Counted from the first letter of the stretch, positions 50,351-64,000 are shown. The stretch is 64,000 nucleotides of DNA from Eledone cirrhosa (GCA_964016885.1 OZ024744.1:52514001-52578000), one strand, 5' to 3'. Made by a program: numbers and translations. The notes: generated by a model from the letters alone, not told the origin.

Positions 50351-50659
50351 TCTAACCAATTTAAAGTAAGATTTAATACCCACAAACACAGTTTTAAAAA
50401 CGCCGCATTAGCTAATACAACATCCTTAGCTGAAATAATTAGTAATTATAGAAAAAGGAATAAAGATTATAACCTGACCTGGAGTGTGCTCAAAAGGGCT
50501 ACCCCTTATCAAAATAATAGATATGAATGTAGATTATGTTCCCAGGAACTTTTTGAAATAATGAAATCTAAGGATATCCTATTAAATAAGCGACAGGAAT
50601 TAATTATATCATGTAATCATAAATTGAGAAGAACTTTTAAATACTATAAACCTAATTAA
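50351..50659 (+). pseudogene. C-terminal half of PLE GIY-YIG endonuclease (no start codon; absent from ORF track)
   Basis: Own translation: SNQFKVRFNTHKHSFKN...TSLAEII...YNLTWSVLKRATPYQNNRYECRLCSQELFEIMKSKDILLNKRQELIISCNHKLRRTFKYYKPN*. Shows the FK.R...H..SF, W..L, CxxC..E, LN.R.E and CxH motifs. Confidence 0.8.
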
Positions 50660-51371
50660 TATACACTTTACAAATTATTATAATAACACTTTTTTTAAAT
50701 TAGTTAACCTATAATTAATATTCTACTACTAATGAACTGCATAATTTTATTTCCCTTTTACAGCTATCTTTTCCTAAAATTTATACCAATAAGTATACAT
50801 ATAAGCCATTTTAATTTCAGGTTATGAATCTATATTCCTTATAATCTATATAAATTTGTTATTTCTCACTAATAAATTTACCCCCCCAATAATAATTATT
50901 ATTATTTTTTTAATTTTCCCTTCGTTTTTAACAGCATTCTTCAATTGCATCTAACTCTTATTTATCATATCTATATGAATTAATATAAATTTATCAATAT
51001 AAATATACCTATCAATTTAATTAATTTATTTTCTTTTTATAGATGTAAATTCCTTATATTTTAAATAACACATTTATCGTAAAATTTTATTCTCCTTAGA
51101 TATTTACATTAGCATTATTCTTTTATAACTTCAAATTTTCGTGTACCTTTTACCGACTTGACCTATTTTCCTCCCCAAAATAATCTTTTCATTCATTATA
51201 CTCTTTCCATTCAAAACTGAAATCTGCCTTCCTCTACCCCTAAATTAAAGTTCCATTACTACTATTCTACCATCTTGACCACTTACTACCTTTCTATTGG
51301 TCAATTCAAAACCAGTTCCCAAACAGACCTATTATATTAAATCTTTGTTGGTTTTTTTCAATAAACAAATA

Positions 51372-51509
51372 TCATTATTTCTGAAGACAGCATATATATG
51401 TGTAGGTATGTATATTCCCTCTGATAGTTTGTACAAATTTTACATAGATCTATATGATATACATGCCAACACACACATATATATCCTAGAAACGATCGTA
51501 AAATGATGA
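51372..51509 (+). ncRNA. Type I hammerhead ribozyme in PLE pLTR
   Basis: tcattattt-CTGAAGA-cagcatatatatgtgt...acacatatatatccta-GAAA-cgatcg-TA-aaatgatga. Stem I 9 bp, palindromic CGATCG, GUA triplet. Confidence 0.78.
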
Positions 51510-51700
51510 ATTTTTTAATAAAAGGAACTGTTTCTTTGTTTTTATTCATTATTTTTATTAATTTATCTTGACTCTGTTTTCCTGTGTTTTTCATCGAAAA
51601 CATTTTTTGAATACATCTTCTCTTTTCATGATATTCGGATTACATTGAGTTCTTCATACGGATTGGACACTACCGTACATTTTGGTAGATTTATCTACAC

Positions 51701-51785
<85 letters not shown>

Positions 51786-51788
<3 letters not shown>

Positions 51789-51940
51789 TCAGTAAAAATT
51801 AACCTCAGTAGTAGACTGGTATTTTAGCTATCGACCTTGAAATGATGTAAGGCTAAGTTGACCTTGATGGGAATGGAACTCAAAGCGCTCAGAATCGGAA
51901 TGAATGCTACAAAGCACTATATCAGACATTCTAACGTTCA
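51786..51940 (-). mobile_element. Degenerate SINE
   Basis: GACTGGTATTTT..TATCGACC..GAAA.GATG.AAGGC.AAGTTGACCT...GAACTCA resembles the SINE core. Confidence 0.6.
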
Positions 51941-52387
51941 GCATTGCAAGGAAAGAATTATGAAATGCGATAATTCAAGAAATGCAATATTTATGGTTGA
52001 ACACAAGGATCGGTGTGGATAGGTGATCTATTGAAATATCTAAGTACAAGATAAACTGCGACAGGTTTGGGTGTGTGGAAATCTATTTAAATTCATAAAT
52101 ACCTGTATGCCACCCACGGTAAGGCAATGGGTGTATATATGTATGCATTCCAAATAGATAAAACAACAACACCAACAATACCAACGGCAACAAAGACAAG
52201 AAGAAATGAATAAAACAAATAAAATGCCATCTGATATAAAACGATTTTTATTGGAAGGAGAAGAAGAGAAACATATGAGTAGAAAAAAAGCTTCGGGTTG
52301 GGGGTTAGCTATAATGGGTGTGGGTGTTTTGGTTCTGCAAACGGTTCAATGTGTTAAAAAGGGTTGCAGAAATACTGAATGAAATTA

Positions 52388-52474
52388 GCAACAACAACAA
52401 CATTAATTGTGATAATGATGATGATGATAATGATGATGATGATAATGATGATGATGATAATGACGATGATGTTA

Positions 52475-52506
<32 letters not shown>

Positions 52507-52644
52507 AATGATAACAACAGTAACAACAAAAATGATAGAAATAACAATAATGATAATATTGGTGATGATGACAACGATGATGATGATGATGATTATGATA
52601 AAAATATTAATGGTGATAATAATAATAATAATAATAATAACAAC

Positions 52645-52676
<32 letters not shown>

Positions 52677-52700
52677 CAACAATGGTAGTAATAATAAAGC
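52388..52700. repeat. (GAT)/(AAT) compound trinucleotide repeat
   Basis: Direct reading. Confidence 0.95.
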
Positions 52701-52853
52701 TTGAAAACAACAAAAGAAGAGAGAAATAGAGTTTCGGAGTGATAGAGTGATGAACACGTGCGTTTGTTTAACTAAGACTATATCGAGACATTAGCCTGTA
52801 AAAAGATTCAGGCTTGCAATATGTTGTTGCATTTATCGAATCGATAGCAAAGC

Positions 52854-53235
<382 letters not shown>

Positions 53236-53687
53236 GAGCCGACGCATTCACCATTAGTGGACAGAGTTGCAATAAACAGACAGATCTCTGCAAATAAACA
53301 CCACTTCTGTCCTAGATTTGCAATCCATTTTCATTTTATTCTAAAACAAAAACGACACATATGGTATTACCCGCATGCTTTTAAGCTTCCTATGTACATT
53401 TAAGATAAGAAAACATAGCGCAGTACTAAACAAGAATGAACAGATATTTCGCAGCAAATAAGTTTGTTCCAGAGGTGATTAATGGGATAAAATCACGAAG
53501 AACAAATAAATAGATACATTTTGAAATAAGAAAAAATAAATAATAATAATAGCGACAAAATTTTGCCATTGAAAATATTTTCAATGAGATAGTGTGCTGC
53601 TGTTGTTGTTAACATCATTCTTTTCATTGCGAAGAAATGAACTTAACAATATATATATGTATGCAATATATATGTATTATACATACA

Positions 53688-53721
<34 letters not shown>

Positions 53722-53763
53722 AATACATACATACATATATACATATTTACATACATATATACA

Positions 53764-53801
<38 letters not shown>

Positions 53802-53897
53802 CACATACATATATACATATATACATACATAAACAGATACAAACTATCTATCTATATCTAAGTATATATGCTTACATATACATATTTGTGTATGCAC

Positions 53898-53978
<81 letters not shown>

Positions 53979-55009
53979 TACATGTATTGAAACATATATC
54001 GTTAAGCAGGTGACAAGGAGAAACACGGAACCAGACTGGCAGTAGAGAGAAAGAGAGAAAGAGAGTGGGAGCGTGAGGAGTGAGGAATAGAAGGAGAGGA
54101 AGGGAGTTGGAAGAGAGGAAAGGGTTTATAAACGACGTGATATATTACATATAAAGATGTATATATTTAGATGACGTCTGTTTTATGAATCATCTCCTCA
54201 GTCAACCTCTGGAAATCATTACGGTTTTGGTTCTTTAAAGTTGATACCTTTCATACCAGTGCACGCTGGAGCATATAAAAATAGGTAGAGTCAAGTTATG
54301 CCTTTAGGCGAATTATATAGCCTCACACAAACGAAAGAAAGGGTATTTAATGAATGATGCAGAAAATAGTTTTCATATATATATTTTAAGTCAATTGATA
54401 TTTTCTCTCCTTGCTACTCACTTTCACATCATCATGGGGCCCAATTTCTTAAGGAGACTTATAGATATAACTTTTTATACATATTAACATATATGTAATA
54501 GACTGTTTCGCTCGGATTTCAAGTAGTAACAGCCTGAAGAATATTCTAATTCGAAACACTAGATTGTTTAGCATATGACCCATTGAATATATTTAATAGA
54601 AAATTTGAGTCTAATGTTATGTCTATTGCTGTGGCTTTTAAACCCTAGGTTATATCTGATGCAGCAAATCTACACACACATTGGTTTTACAGAAGCTAAG
54701 CGCCTTTCTCATTCCCTCCCGCTTTCTCTCTTAAGACATGGCATTACTGGGACAGAGTTATCTTCTCTTACGATTTTACTCTTCCACACTTTAAGTTAAA
54801 ATCCCACCTGTTTCAGCTTTGCCCTGATTCTTTCAAGAAGTTGATTAAATGAACCAACATTTACAGAGTAGAGTTTTAGTCGATGAACTTCCGTCTCCAA
54901 ATTTCTAGTCATATGTCTAAATTATATTCCACACGGAGCGCTCACAGAATTTGAATGCTATAGTATCTGCATACCTGGTCGTGCCTTCCTTATCCACCAA
55001 TGCCTTCCA

Positions 55010-55225
55010 TTCGCTGGACATTCTATGGGTAAAACCAAACGGCACGAGATCCAAAGATAGACTCCAAGCATGATGGTTGGATAACATCTAAGAGCTTAAC
55101 TGGTCACACTTGGGGATGTTGCGGATCAGTTGCAGATGGTTGCTTCTGTCAGATCCGTGTTTCAGGAATCTGTCTCCACGACCCTCTCAGGAAAATGTTG
55201 GCGAATAACAACAACAACAACAACA
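55010..55225 (+). mobile_element. Possible degenerate RTE LINE 3' end with (ACA)n tail
   Basis: ILWVKPNGTRSKDRLQA*WLDNI*ELNWSHLG resembles the RTE motif KP.G.R.RGRP..RW.D.I. Confidence 0.45.
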
Positions 55226-55236
55226 TTAATAATAAT

Positions 55237-55434
55237 GATTTCTTATATAAGCACAAGGCCAGCAATTTTGGGGAGGAGAAAGTCGATTAAATCGACCCCA
55301 GTGCGTGACTGGTACTTCATTTTATCGACACCGTAAGGATGAAAGGCAATTTGAAAGCGGGATTTGAACTCAGATCATAACTCTTTGCTGCAAAGCATGG
55401 CGTCCGACCTTCTACCGATACTGCCAATCCACCG
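55237..55434 (-). mobile_element. SINE variant whose tail closely matches the Tx1 LINE tail
   Basis: Sense 3' end CCTTGTGCTTATATAAGAAATC(ATT)n. Confidence 0.85.
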
Positions 55435-55449
55435 ACATTATAATAATAA

Positions 55450-55628
55450 TTGTTTCTACTTTTTGGCACAAGGCCAGCAATTACCCAGTGCATTACTGGT
55501 ACTTTATTTTATCGACCCCGTAAGGATGAAAGGCAAAGTCAACCTCGGCGAGATTTGAACTCAGATCGTAAAGGGACGTAACTATGCTGGAAAGCATGGC
55601 GTCCGACCCTCTACCGATACTGCCATCC
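55450..55628 (-). mobile_element. tRNA-derived SINE
   Basis: Near-identical to 46763-46947; lies in (AAT)n. Confidence 0.9.
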
Positions 55629-55651
55629 ATAATAATAATAATAATAATAAT

Positions 55652-57912
55652 AGTCAGGCAGTGTGGATTGAGACAGTTCAATATGAGATTAGTGAACAAA
55701 CACACCAACAACCTGATTTGAGTATCACAGTTGAAACTCTTAAAAGGCAGGCCAAAATACTAACCAATTGGAAATCACGAGGCCCAGATGGTGTGCAAGG
55801 GTATTGGATTAAAAATATAACATCTCTCCACCCGAAACTGACAACCATGTGATGTCGAGTGAAGTACCAGAGTGGTTGACAAAGGTACCACAGTTTTGGT
55901 AATGAGAGAACGAATCAAGGGTAATGATGTTACCAACTATAAGCCTATCACATGCCTGTCCGTGGTGTGGAAACTGTTAACAAGCATTGTGTCTGAGGAA
56001 ATCTACTATCACCTCCACGTAAACAGCTTGTTACCGGACGAACGGAAAGGATGCCGAAAGAAGTCCCTGGTACAAACGTCCAGTTACTGGTCTTGCCATG
56101 GGATGGATAGATTACAAAAAGGCATTCGACATGGTACCCCTCATTCTTGGATAACCAAAAGCCTAGAGATCTTCAAGGTGGCAGATAATATCAGACAGCT
56201 ATTAAGCAAAAGTATGAAGTCCTGGGAAACAGAGTTAACATCAGGTGAAGAATCCTTGGGAGGCGTGAAGATCAAGAGAGGTATGTTCCAGGGAGATAGT
56301 TTCTCCCCTTTGTTGTTTGACCTTGCCCTGATACCCCTGTCTGTCACATTGCGAAAAGTGAGAGCAGGATACAAGTTGGGAAGTAGAGGGCTTACCATCA
56401 ACCACCTCCTCTCCGTGGACGACCTTAAACTCTTTGGGAAGAGTGAGAAGGAGTTGGATGTACTTGACACTGTCCGTATTTTCAGCATATATGTATGGAA
56501 TTTGGTGTTAATAAGTGTGGAGTCCTAGTGATGGAGATGGTTAAATTGAGAAAGAAGCAACGGAATCCAGGTACCAACAGGAGAGATGATAAAGGAAATT
56601 GACACTGTTGAGGGATACAAATATTTAGGTGTTCTGGAGGCAGATGACATCAAGAACAAAAGAAAATGAAGGAATTGATAAGATCTGACTACATAAGGAG
56701 AGTAAGGAACATACTAAAATCATATCTAAATAGTAGGAATTTCATAAGTGCAGTGAATTCCCGAGCTGTGTCTATTATTAGGTACAGTGCGGGAATTCTG
56801 AAATGGAATGTTACTGAACAAAAAGAAATGGATCGGAAGACTAGGAAGCTAATGACTATCTACAACATGTTGAATGATGTTGATAGATTCTACTTAAAGA
56901 GATCTGAAGGTGGAAGAAGTTTTATCAGCAGAGAGGACTGTGTTCAGATGGAGAAAAACAGCCTGCACAAATATGTGGCTGACAGTAGGGAGCCAATGCT
57001 CAAACTTGTACTGAAAGAGAACACAATAGACCAGGGGATGTCCAAGGAGGAAATAATAACAAAGGAGGAAGAGAAACCTTCATGACCAATCCCTTCATAG
57101 CACCTTCTTAAAGAAAACGCAATTTAGATATCCACAGACATGGAACTGGTTAAAAAGAAGAGACATTAAAAAAGCTACAGAAGGAATGCTAATGGCTGCG
57201 CAAGAGCAAGCCCTCAGAACGCAGTGGGTGAAACACCATATTGACAAGGAGGAGGCTAGCTCACTGTATAGGATCTGTGGAGAGAGAGAGAGAGGAGACT
57301 GTGGCTCACATAGTATGCGAGTGTAAACACCTTGCCCAGACTCACTATAAAGGCTGGAAACATGATGTGATAGGCAGGGTGATCCACTGGCATCTATGCA
57401 AAGTAAACAATTTACCACATTCTGAGAAGTAGTATGAGCATAAGCCAGAGTCGGTGATAGAAAACGATCAGGTGAAGGTGCTGTGGGATTTTAGGATACA
57501 GACGGACAAGAAATTAGGACACAATAGGCCCGACCTGGTGGTTTTCGACAAGGAAAAAAGATCGTGCCGGATTGTAGATGTAGCCTGCCCATTTGACACG
57601 AGAGAGCAAGAAAAGGAGAGGGTGAAAATTAACCGATACTAGGATTTAAAGTAGGATTTAAAAAGGGTATGGGACTGTCATGAGATTAAGGTCATCCCAA
57701 TTGTCATAGGAGCACTAGGTACTATCTCAAAGAGTTTCAAAGGATGGTTAAAGAAGATTAGTCCAGCCACGCTTTTTGGAGCACTTCAAAAAGCATGCTT
57801 CCTGGGAACAGCAAGAATCCTCCGATACGTCCTGAACATCTGAGGCTGCAGGTAGCGGCTTGATATTCATTTCAACAAACCTTCCAGTTAAATAACATCA
57901 ATGACTCAAAGA
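55652..57912 (+). mobile_element. Dong/R4-like LINE, family A, disrupted
   Basis: ORF pieces 55661-57642 align to 33651-35486 and 10060-12120; (AAT)n on both sides. Confidence 0.9.
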
Positions 57913-57931
57913 ACAATAATAATAATACTAA

Positions 57932-58117
57932 TTGTTTCTACTTTTGGCACAAGGACAGCAATTACCCAGTTCATTACTGGTACTTTATTTTATCGACCCG
58001 GTATGGATGAAAGGCAAAGTTAACCTCGACGGGATTTGAACTCAGACCGTAAAGGGACTTAACTATGCTAAAAAGCATGGCGTCCGACCCTCTACCGATA
58101 CTGCCAATTCACCGCCC
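57932..58117 (-). mobile_element. tRNA-derived SINE
   Basis: Same family core as the other copies. Confidence 0.9.
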
Positions 58118-58127
58118 AATTCACCCC

Positions 58128-58157
<30 letters not shown>

Positions 58158-58158
<1 letters not shown>

Positions 58159-61100
58159 TTTTCTTTATTAACCACAAGGGTTTACATAAAGTAGACATTA
58201 AGGACAGTACAGGACAATACAGGACGGTACAAATGGGCATTTCTAAGTGTAAAAAAAACAGAGGATGGAATAAAAATAACAATTAAAAATTCCCCAATAG
58301 GGGAGAGACTTCCGAGGGACATTTGTGTAGAAAGCCCATTAAAAGACCACAGTGACCCTGACCACCAGGGCAAATGCCCTCTCCTAGTTTTCCACCTTTA
58401 ATTTACAGACACATACTCAGAGTAGGCCGATTCACTCGGGCCATACTTGATTCTCTCACCCATCTTTCAACAAAATGCTGGGAAGAGAGCACTTCCCTCT
58501 CTACCCTGATTTTCCTTTTCAAATGAAATTTGAAAAAGTTAATCAGGGCATCACCGAAGAGGTAAGTGCTCGTCTTCAGCCCTTTCAAACGTGTCCACCA
58601 TACTATTCTCTTTCGCCATGGCCACCAGACAGATAAAAACTGCCTGCCCTTCCCGGCTAAAGGAAGAGGGCGGGGCAATCCTCACGACAGAGTCAGCTGA
58701 TAGCCGGATCCGTCCTACACGTGACAGCAGGTGTTCGACATAAACCCACAAGTCAGCAATGCTCGGACACTGGACGAGTGCGTGCAGGACGGTTTCGTCG
58801 CCCTGCGCGCATCTCGGCCATGCCCGGCTGACGGCACCTCCATGCCTGTAGAGTTTATCCTGAACTGGAAAAGCTCCTCGGTAGCACTGCCAGGCCAGGG
58901 ATTTCTGGAAGTTGTCCATATGCCCCGGCCCGAAAGTCCTTCCGAAGAGATTGGCTAGTTGATTTTCGTCGACGCCTAGATTTTCCCCAAGTACGTCGTC
59001 GCACTTCCCCTCCACTAATCCCCTATAGAACGCCAAGATGGAATTTCCACCGATCACATTGCGATTGGTCGAGGGCTGTGAGCGCCTGAAGACATTCCAG
59101 TCTCCAAGCGCTCCGTCAAGCAGACGAGCTGGGGAAAGACGTGTCTAGCAAAGGGCGACCACACCTGATCACCGTCGAGGAAGAGGTGGAGATGTCGTAG
59201 CCTGAGCACGCATCATTAGCCACTGCATGCCCAGCCCTCCACATAGCGGTGGTGTTGACAGCAGATGGACCGCCTGACCATCGGAGCGCGCCCCTTCCAC
59301 AAAAAGCAAAAGAGAAAACGCTCCAGCCCAGTCAGGCGGGGCTTAGGAAAAGGTACGACCTTCAGGCGGTAGTAGATGACGGACGCGATGTACGCATTAA
59401 CAACCTCCGCTCGACCTTTCAGGGATAGCTTCCTCTCCGGCCATTTCTGGGTGAAAAAAGCCATCCTGCTCGTCACCTCGTCCCAGTTTTTGTCCGTCTG
59501 AAGGCCTCTAGCAATTTAACGGCCCGTCCGTCCAGCGCCAGACGACGCTGTTAGACGGCATGGACCTGCCTCTCCAGGTGCCGAGCTGCAGGCCCACTGA
59601 CTTTTCCTGGTTGATCATTGCTCCTGTCACCGCTTCGTATTCTCTTAGTGTAGTGCCGATCGCCTCGATGTGTTTGGCGTTCGACACCACTACGGTGATA
59701 TCGTCCGCATATGCTGACACGGATCTTCCGCATCCTAGTTCGCGTGGGACCCCCCTCAACGTTTCTAGTTTGTGCAGTAATGGCTCGAGAGTCAATACGT
59801 ACAAGAGGGACGAGAGGGGACATCCTTGGCGGACTGAGCGCATGATTTTGAACGGTTCCGAAAGGAGACCTTTCACTCTCACCACAGGGCAGATATCGCT
59901 GTGCATGGCAGCGATACAGCCTCTGAAGACGGGCCCAAAGCCAGCCGCCCTCAGGACTGCCGCTATGTAACGATGGTCAACCCTATCGAAAGCTTTCGAC
60001 TGATCTAAATTGATCAAGGACCCACCCGTGCCAGGTTGCCTAGCTACCCTCTCTACGATGTATCGCATGAGGTCGAGGTTGTCGTTGCGATTTACCCCGT
60101 GTGCAGCCAGTCATTGCCTCCCGTACTTCAGAGGCTGTTATCGGCTTTTCGCAACACTCCGCCTCAGTGGCCGAGAGCCGCGGCAGTCTGTCGAAGTAGA
60201 CACTAAAGTCCATCCCTCGATCCGGCCCGCCGTTGCCCCCGAACAGCTATGCGAAGTGTCGCTGAAAAGCTTCACACATTTGCCCGAGATCGAGTAGCAT
60301 ACGCCCGTTGTGGTCCACCAAAGACCGGATCGTGGATTTGTTGCCACGACGCGCCTCCGCCACTCGGGCCCATTGAACGGCTTTCGTCCCATCGTGTCTG
60401 AGAGCACGCACACTAGCTCTGACAACGCAGCCTTCGTGCTTTGCATTGAAGAATTGGTCAAAGGCCAATTTCGCCGCAAGTACGTCGGACGCGATACCTT
60501 TGCTAAACGCCTCGTCTAATTTTCTAACTAATTCTCCCTCTGCTCTATTTTTCTCTATTGCTAAAGCCTTACTAAACCTAATGGACTCTATTCTAATTGC
60601 TCTTTTCAGAGCAAACCACCACTTCTTGTTGACGATGGCCCCCGACAACGCTCGCTTAACTAGTTCGCTAATCCGGTCTCTGTAGGCCTTGCGCGCTGGT
60701 AAGGACGCGTTTAGCTTCCAGTAGCCGGGTCCTCGTCTATGAAGCCTATCTAAGTCAAGCACACAGATCACGAATATGTGGTCCGTGTAGTTGACTATCT
60801 TGAATTGTGGACAGCCTATGCTAGACCTATCTATTTCCCTACAAAATACTCTATCTAGATATGACCTAGATGACCCTATGCGATTTGTCCAAGTCCACAT
60901 TAGCACATTCGGGAAATCCAATCGGTACCCGTCAGACAGTTCAAAACGCCTGAGCAGGTTGGTGAGACTCTTTCACCCTCCTCCCCTATCCACTAATCCC
61001 ACACAGTCCCAGCGTGCATCTAAGATCCCGTTCCAGTCGCCCACTAACACTAAAAAGCGGGACGTTACAAGAAAGGTCTCCAGACGCCGGAAGAAATCAG

Positions 61101-63667
61101 GCCGCCCTAGTCCTGTCGGGGTATAGACGGCCACTAACCTGAAAGCTTGCCTGTCTCCGCTGGTCACGTCCAGCACCACCAACTTACCTTCTGGGTCCAG
61201 GAAGATGGCCCATATGGCAAGATCGAAACCTCTCCGAAAAAGCACAGCAAATCCTCCCCCCGATCCCGGACTGCTGGGAGATGCGTACACATCGTAGCCG
61301 CCGAAGATCGGTGCGAAGACCCGTGCTTCGGAGATTCTGGTCTCGCTGATGGCCACTACATCTATGTTTAGTGACCTGAGGTCGTTGAGCAGGTGGCCCT
61401 GCTTTCATGACGACCCCAAGCCACGCGCATTTATGCTGCCTATTCTGAGTGAGGTCATGTTGAAATAGAGTGGAAAAGATGGGAAAGACCGCTTACCTTA
61501 CTTCTCGTAGAGGAAGGACGGTTTCTCCATCCTTTTTCACTGCTTGTGGCCTCCTCACGAAAGATGTCCTTATAAATCCTCCTGGAGAGTGCTTGTCGGA
61601 AATCTCCGATGTCTTTGGGTAATGTTTGTTTTAGTGTCATGTACGTTTTCTGTGTGATGCGAGTGATTTGTATGTGTGGAGGTGGTGTGAATTTTTTACG
61701 TTGTTGTGTAGTCTTTTTCTATGATGCTGGTGTTGTGTTGGATGTACTGTAATAATTGGTTGTTGTTCAAATTTAATGCTGTGTAGTGTGTATCGTTTTG
61801 GTTGTTTTGTTTTGTTTGCGTTTGTTGTGGGTTTGTTTCTGTTTCGCATTTTGGTGACTTTTGTCGTATAGGTGATGGTGGTGTTGGGGTTAATGGTGGT
61901 GATGGTGTTGGTGTTTGGGTGTGATGGGGTTGGTGATGCTGGTGTGGATGGTGGCATATCTGTCCTAACTTTTTTGTTTGATAGTTTATTTGTTTCCCTC
62001 TGTATTTTGTTTTTGGAGGGGGAAGGAAGAGAATTGTTTCTTTTTTTGTTTCTTTTTTTACATTTTTCCTGATACCGTTTCCCACTCCTCGTCGTCACAA
62101 TCTGTCTCCAGTTGCGATAAGCCGGGGAGTGGAAAATCCTCCACAGCCGTTGGTTTTGGTTGTGGCGTGGTGGATGTTGTAGGCGCTGTTGTTAGTTCTG
62201 GCGCGTTGGGTGGTGGTGGTGTTGGTTTTGCAACTGTTGCTGGGGTTGTTGCTGTTACAGTTGCTTCTGTTGTTTCTGCCACAGTTGTTGCTGCCATCTC
62301 TGTTGCTGGTGGTGTTGATGGTTGAGTCACTGGGGTGGGTAGGAGAGGTGGCCTCATCCTTTTAGCATGAGGGCAGAAAGCCCTTAGGTGGGTTCCTTCA
62401 CCACAAACGACACACCTAGGCCTTCTGCCCTCGACAATTACGGTGAGGAGGCTGCCGTCAGTGAGGTCTATTACCTCTGGGATCTCCTCAATGCTTTTTT
62501 GGTCCGCTTGGATCAGGAGCTCCATCCCAGATCCGGACCAGTTCTCCTGCTTTTCTTTCGCTATTTCTATTATCTTGGTGTTGGCTTCGATGCCGGTAAG
62601 GACGGCAGATATTAGCCAGGGAATTTCGATGGCCGGTGGAACGTGGGTGACCCTGATCTTTACGAGTATCTGGCCACAATAGCTTGGGACGAGTGTGAAG
62701 TCGTCACTTCTTAATGGGGCCATGGAGTGTTCTCTAGCCTCCTGTGGTGTTTCAAAGAACACGTCCACGGTTCCATACTTTTGCCCACGTCAGATGTGGG
62801 GATTTTTGCCCACACATGTCCCAAAGCTTTTTGGATTTGGGACTCGGATGCCCGTCCCACTCGGCGTGACTTTATATTAATTGTTCGATAAGACACGGTG
62901 CATAGGCGCCGATGCTCCATTTTATTAGGTGGGATGGGAGGCTGACCCTGTACCCATCTTTTTTACCATTTTTTTGGCTTCTTCTAATTCCTCCTGAGTT
63001 ACCTGAAATGCTTCGCACTGTTTTGCTACTCTGGCAAAACTCAGGGTGGTTTTCTTAATGTCATTGTTGCTGTTGTTATCGTTATATTTGTTATTATTAA
63101 TTTTAGTTTCAGTTGTGGTGGTGGTGGTGGTGGCGTCAGTGGTGTTCGGTGTGGAAGAGTTCATTTTGGTTGAATTCATTTCGATATCACGAGTTAATTT
63201 ATTTTTTTCTTTTGTTTCTGTTGTCGCGGTGGTGGTGCGGGTGCTGGTTGTCGCGGGGGTGGTGGTGGCGGCTTTAACACCTGCAGTTATTGGTAATGGC
63301 GGGATATGAATGTCTGCCTGAGACAAATTTAAAATATTGCTACTGCTTATATCGTTAGTGTTGGCAAACGTAGTAATATTTACAATGGTGGTGTCGGTGT
63401 GAGGTGTTAGTTTGTGAGGAAGGCTATCAGCTGCTTGGTGCAGAGGTGAATCAGCCATGATTTTTTCAAAGAAATTTTTGATAATCATAAATGTTTAAAT
63501 TTTGGGCACAAGGCCCCAATCTTTTTGGGTGTCCTTTTCGGAAAACAATGTATGTGCGCTTATATACAGGTAACAATAACAATTTTCCATAAATGGCAAT
63601 TTCTAACAAACGGAAACAACAAACCTTTGTTGAGCTCACGATGATACGATTTACTACGTAGGTCGCC
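58158..63667 (-). mobile_element. Full-length Tx1/L1-clade LINE (copy 2), disrupted
   Basis: Colinear with 4038-9939; many frameshifts and stops; ~300-bp RT deletion near 60088 (copy 1 ~6018-6322 missing); (AAT)n on both sides. Confidence 0.95.
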
Positions 63668-63750
<83 letters not shown>

Positions 63751-63751
<1 letters not shown>

Positions 63752-64000
63752 CTGATGTTGACAAAACTTTAACCCATCAGTGGTTGGCATCCACTGGACT
63801 GAAATCGGAGACTGAATACTGAATATATCAGCACAAGATCAGTGTCTGCCAACAAAAAATTATCAAGCTAGCATAATAAAAAATGGATGCAACCCATTAT
63901 GCCGTGTATGTAAATAACAACCAGAGACCATTGATCATATAATCTCAATGTGCAGTCCTATAGTTCCAACCGAATACCTAAACAGGCACGAAAGAGCTGC
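63751..64000 (+). mobile_element. Dong/R4-like family B fragment, 5'-truncated, running off the window
   Basis: Matches ~14620-14870 (PDVDKTL.HQWLAS.GLKSETE); begins right after (AAT)n. Confidence 0.9.

Larger units (their letters stand above)
49885..51705 (+). mobile_element. 5'-truncated Penelope-like element with inverted pseudo-LTR
   Basis: Inverted arms ~49885-50341 and ~51100-51555 flank a GIY-YIG C-terminus; HHR in the pLTR; 3' tail ends at (TA)n. Confidence 0.85.

Noticed and set aside
49920-51506. Duplicated 'MVNSKPVPK' ORFs on opposite strands
   Set aside because: Product of the inverted pLTR; no coding features and they overlap the HHR.
54518-54570. CTGAAGA...GAAACACTAG motif
   Set aside because: Stem II and the cleavage triplet do not fit; too degenerate to call.

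Overview
Animal (eukaryotic) genomic DNA, AT-rich and packed with microsatellites. The SINE family and repeat content suggest an octopus/cephalopod, which is an inference. No host protein-coding gene is confidently visible; nearly all long ORFs belong to retrotransposons or are microsatellite artefacts. Two patterns stand out. (1) (AAT)n/(ATT)n tracts hold nested stacks of non-LTR retroelements with a consistent strand rule. Tx1/L1-clade APE LINEs (two full-length copies) and tRNA-head SINEs end in (ATT)n and share a 3' tail motif, so they look like a SINE-LINE pair. Dong/R4-like RLE LINEs end in (AAT)n. (2) (TA)n tracts hold many Penelope-like (PLE) relics and fold-back palindromes. One keeps a GIY-YIG C-terminus between inverted pseudo-LTRs. 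About ten type-I hammerhead ribozyme motifs from several different families can be read by eye, many with unusually long stem II inserts. A probable non-autonomous Helitron, RTE and CR1-like fragments and three diverged tandem repeats are also present. All alignments and folds were done by eye.
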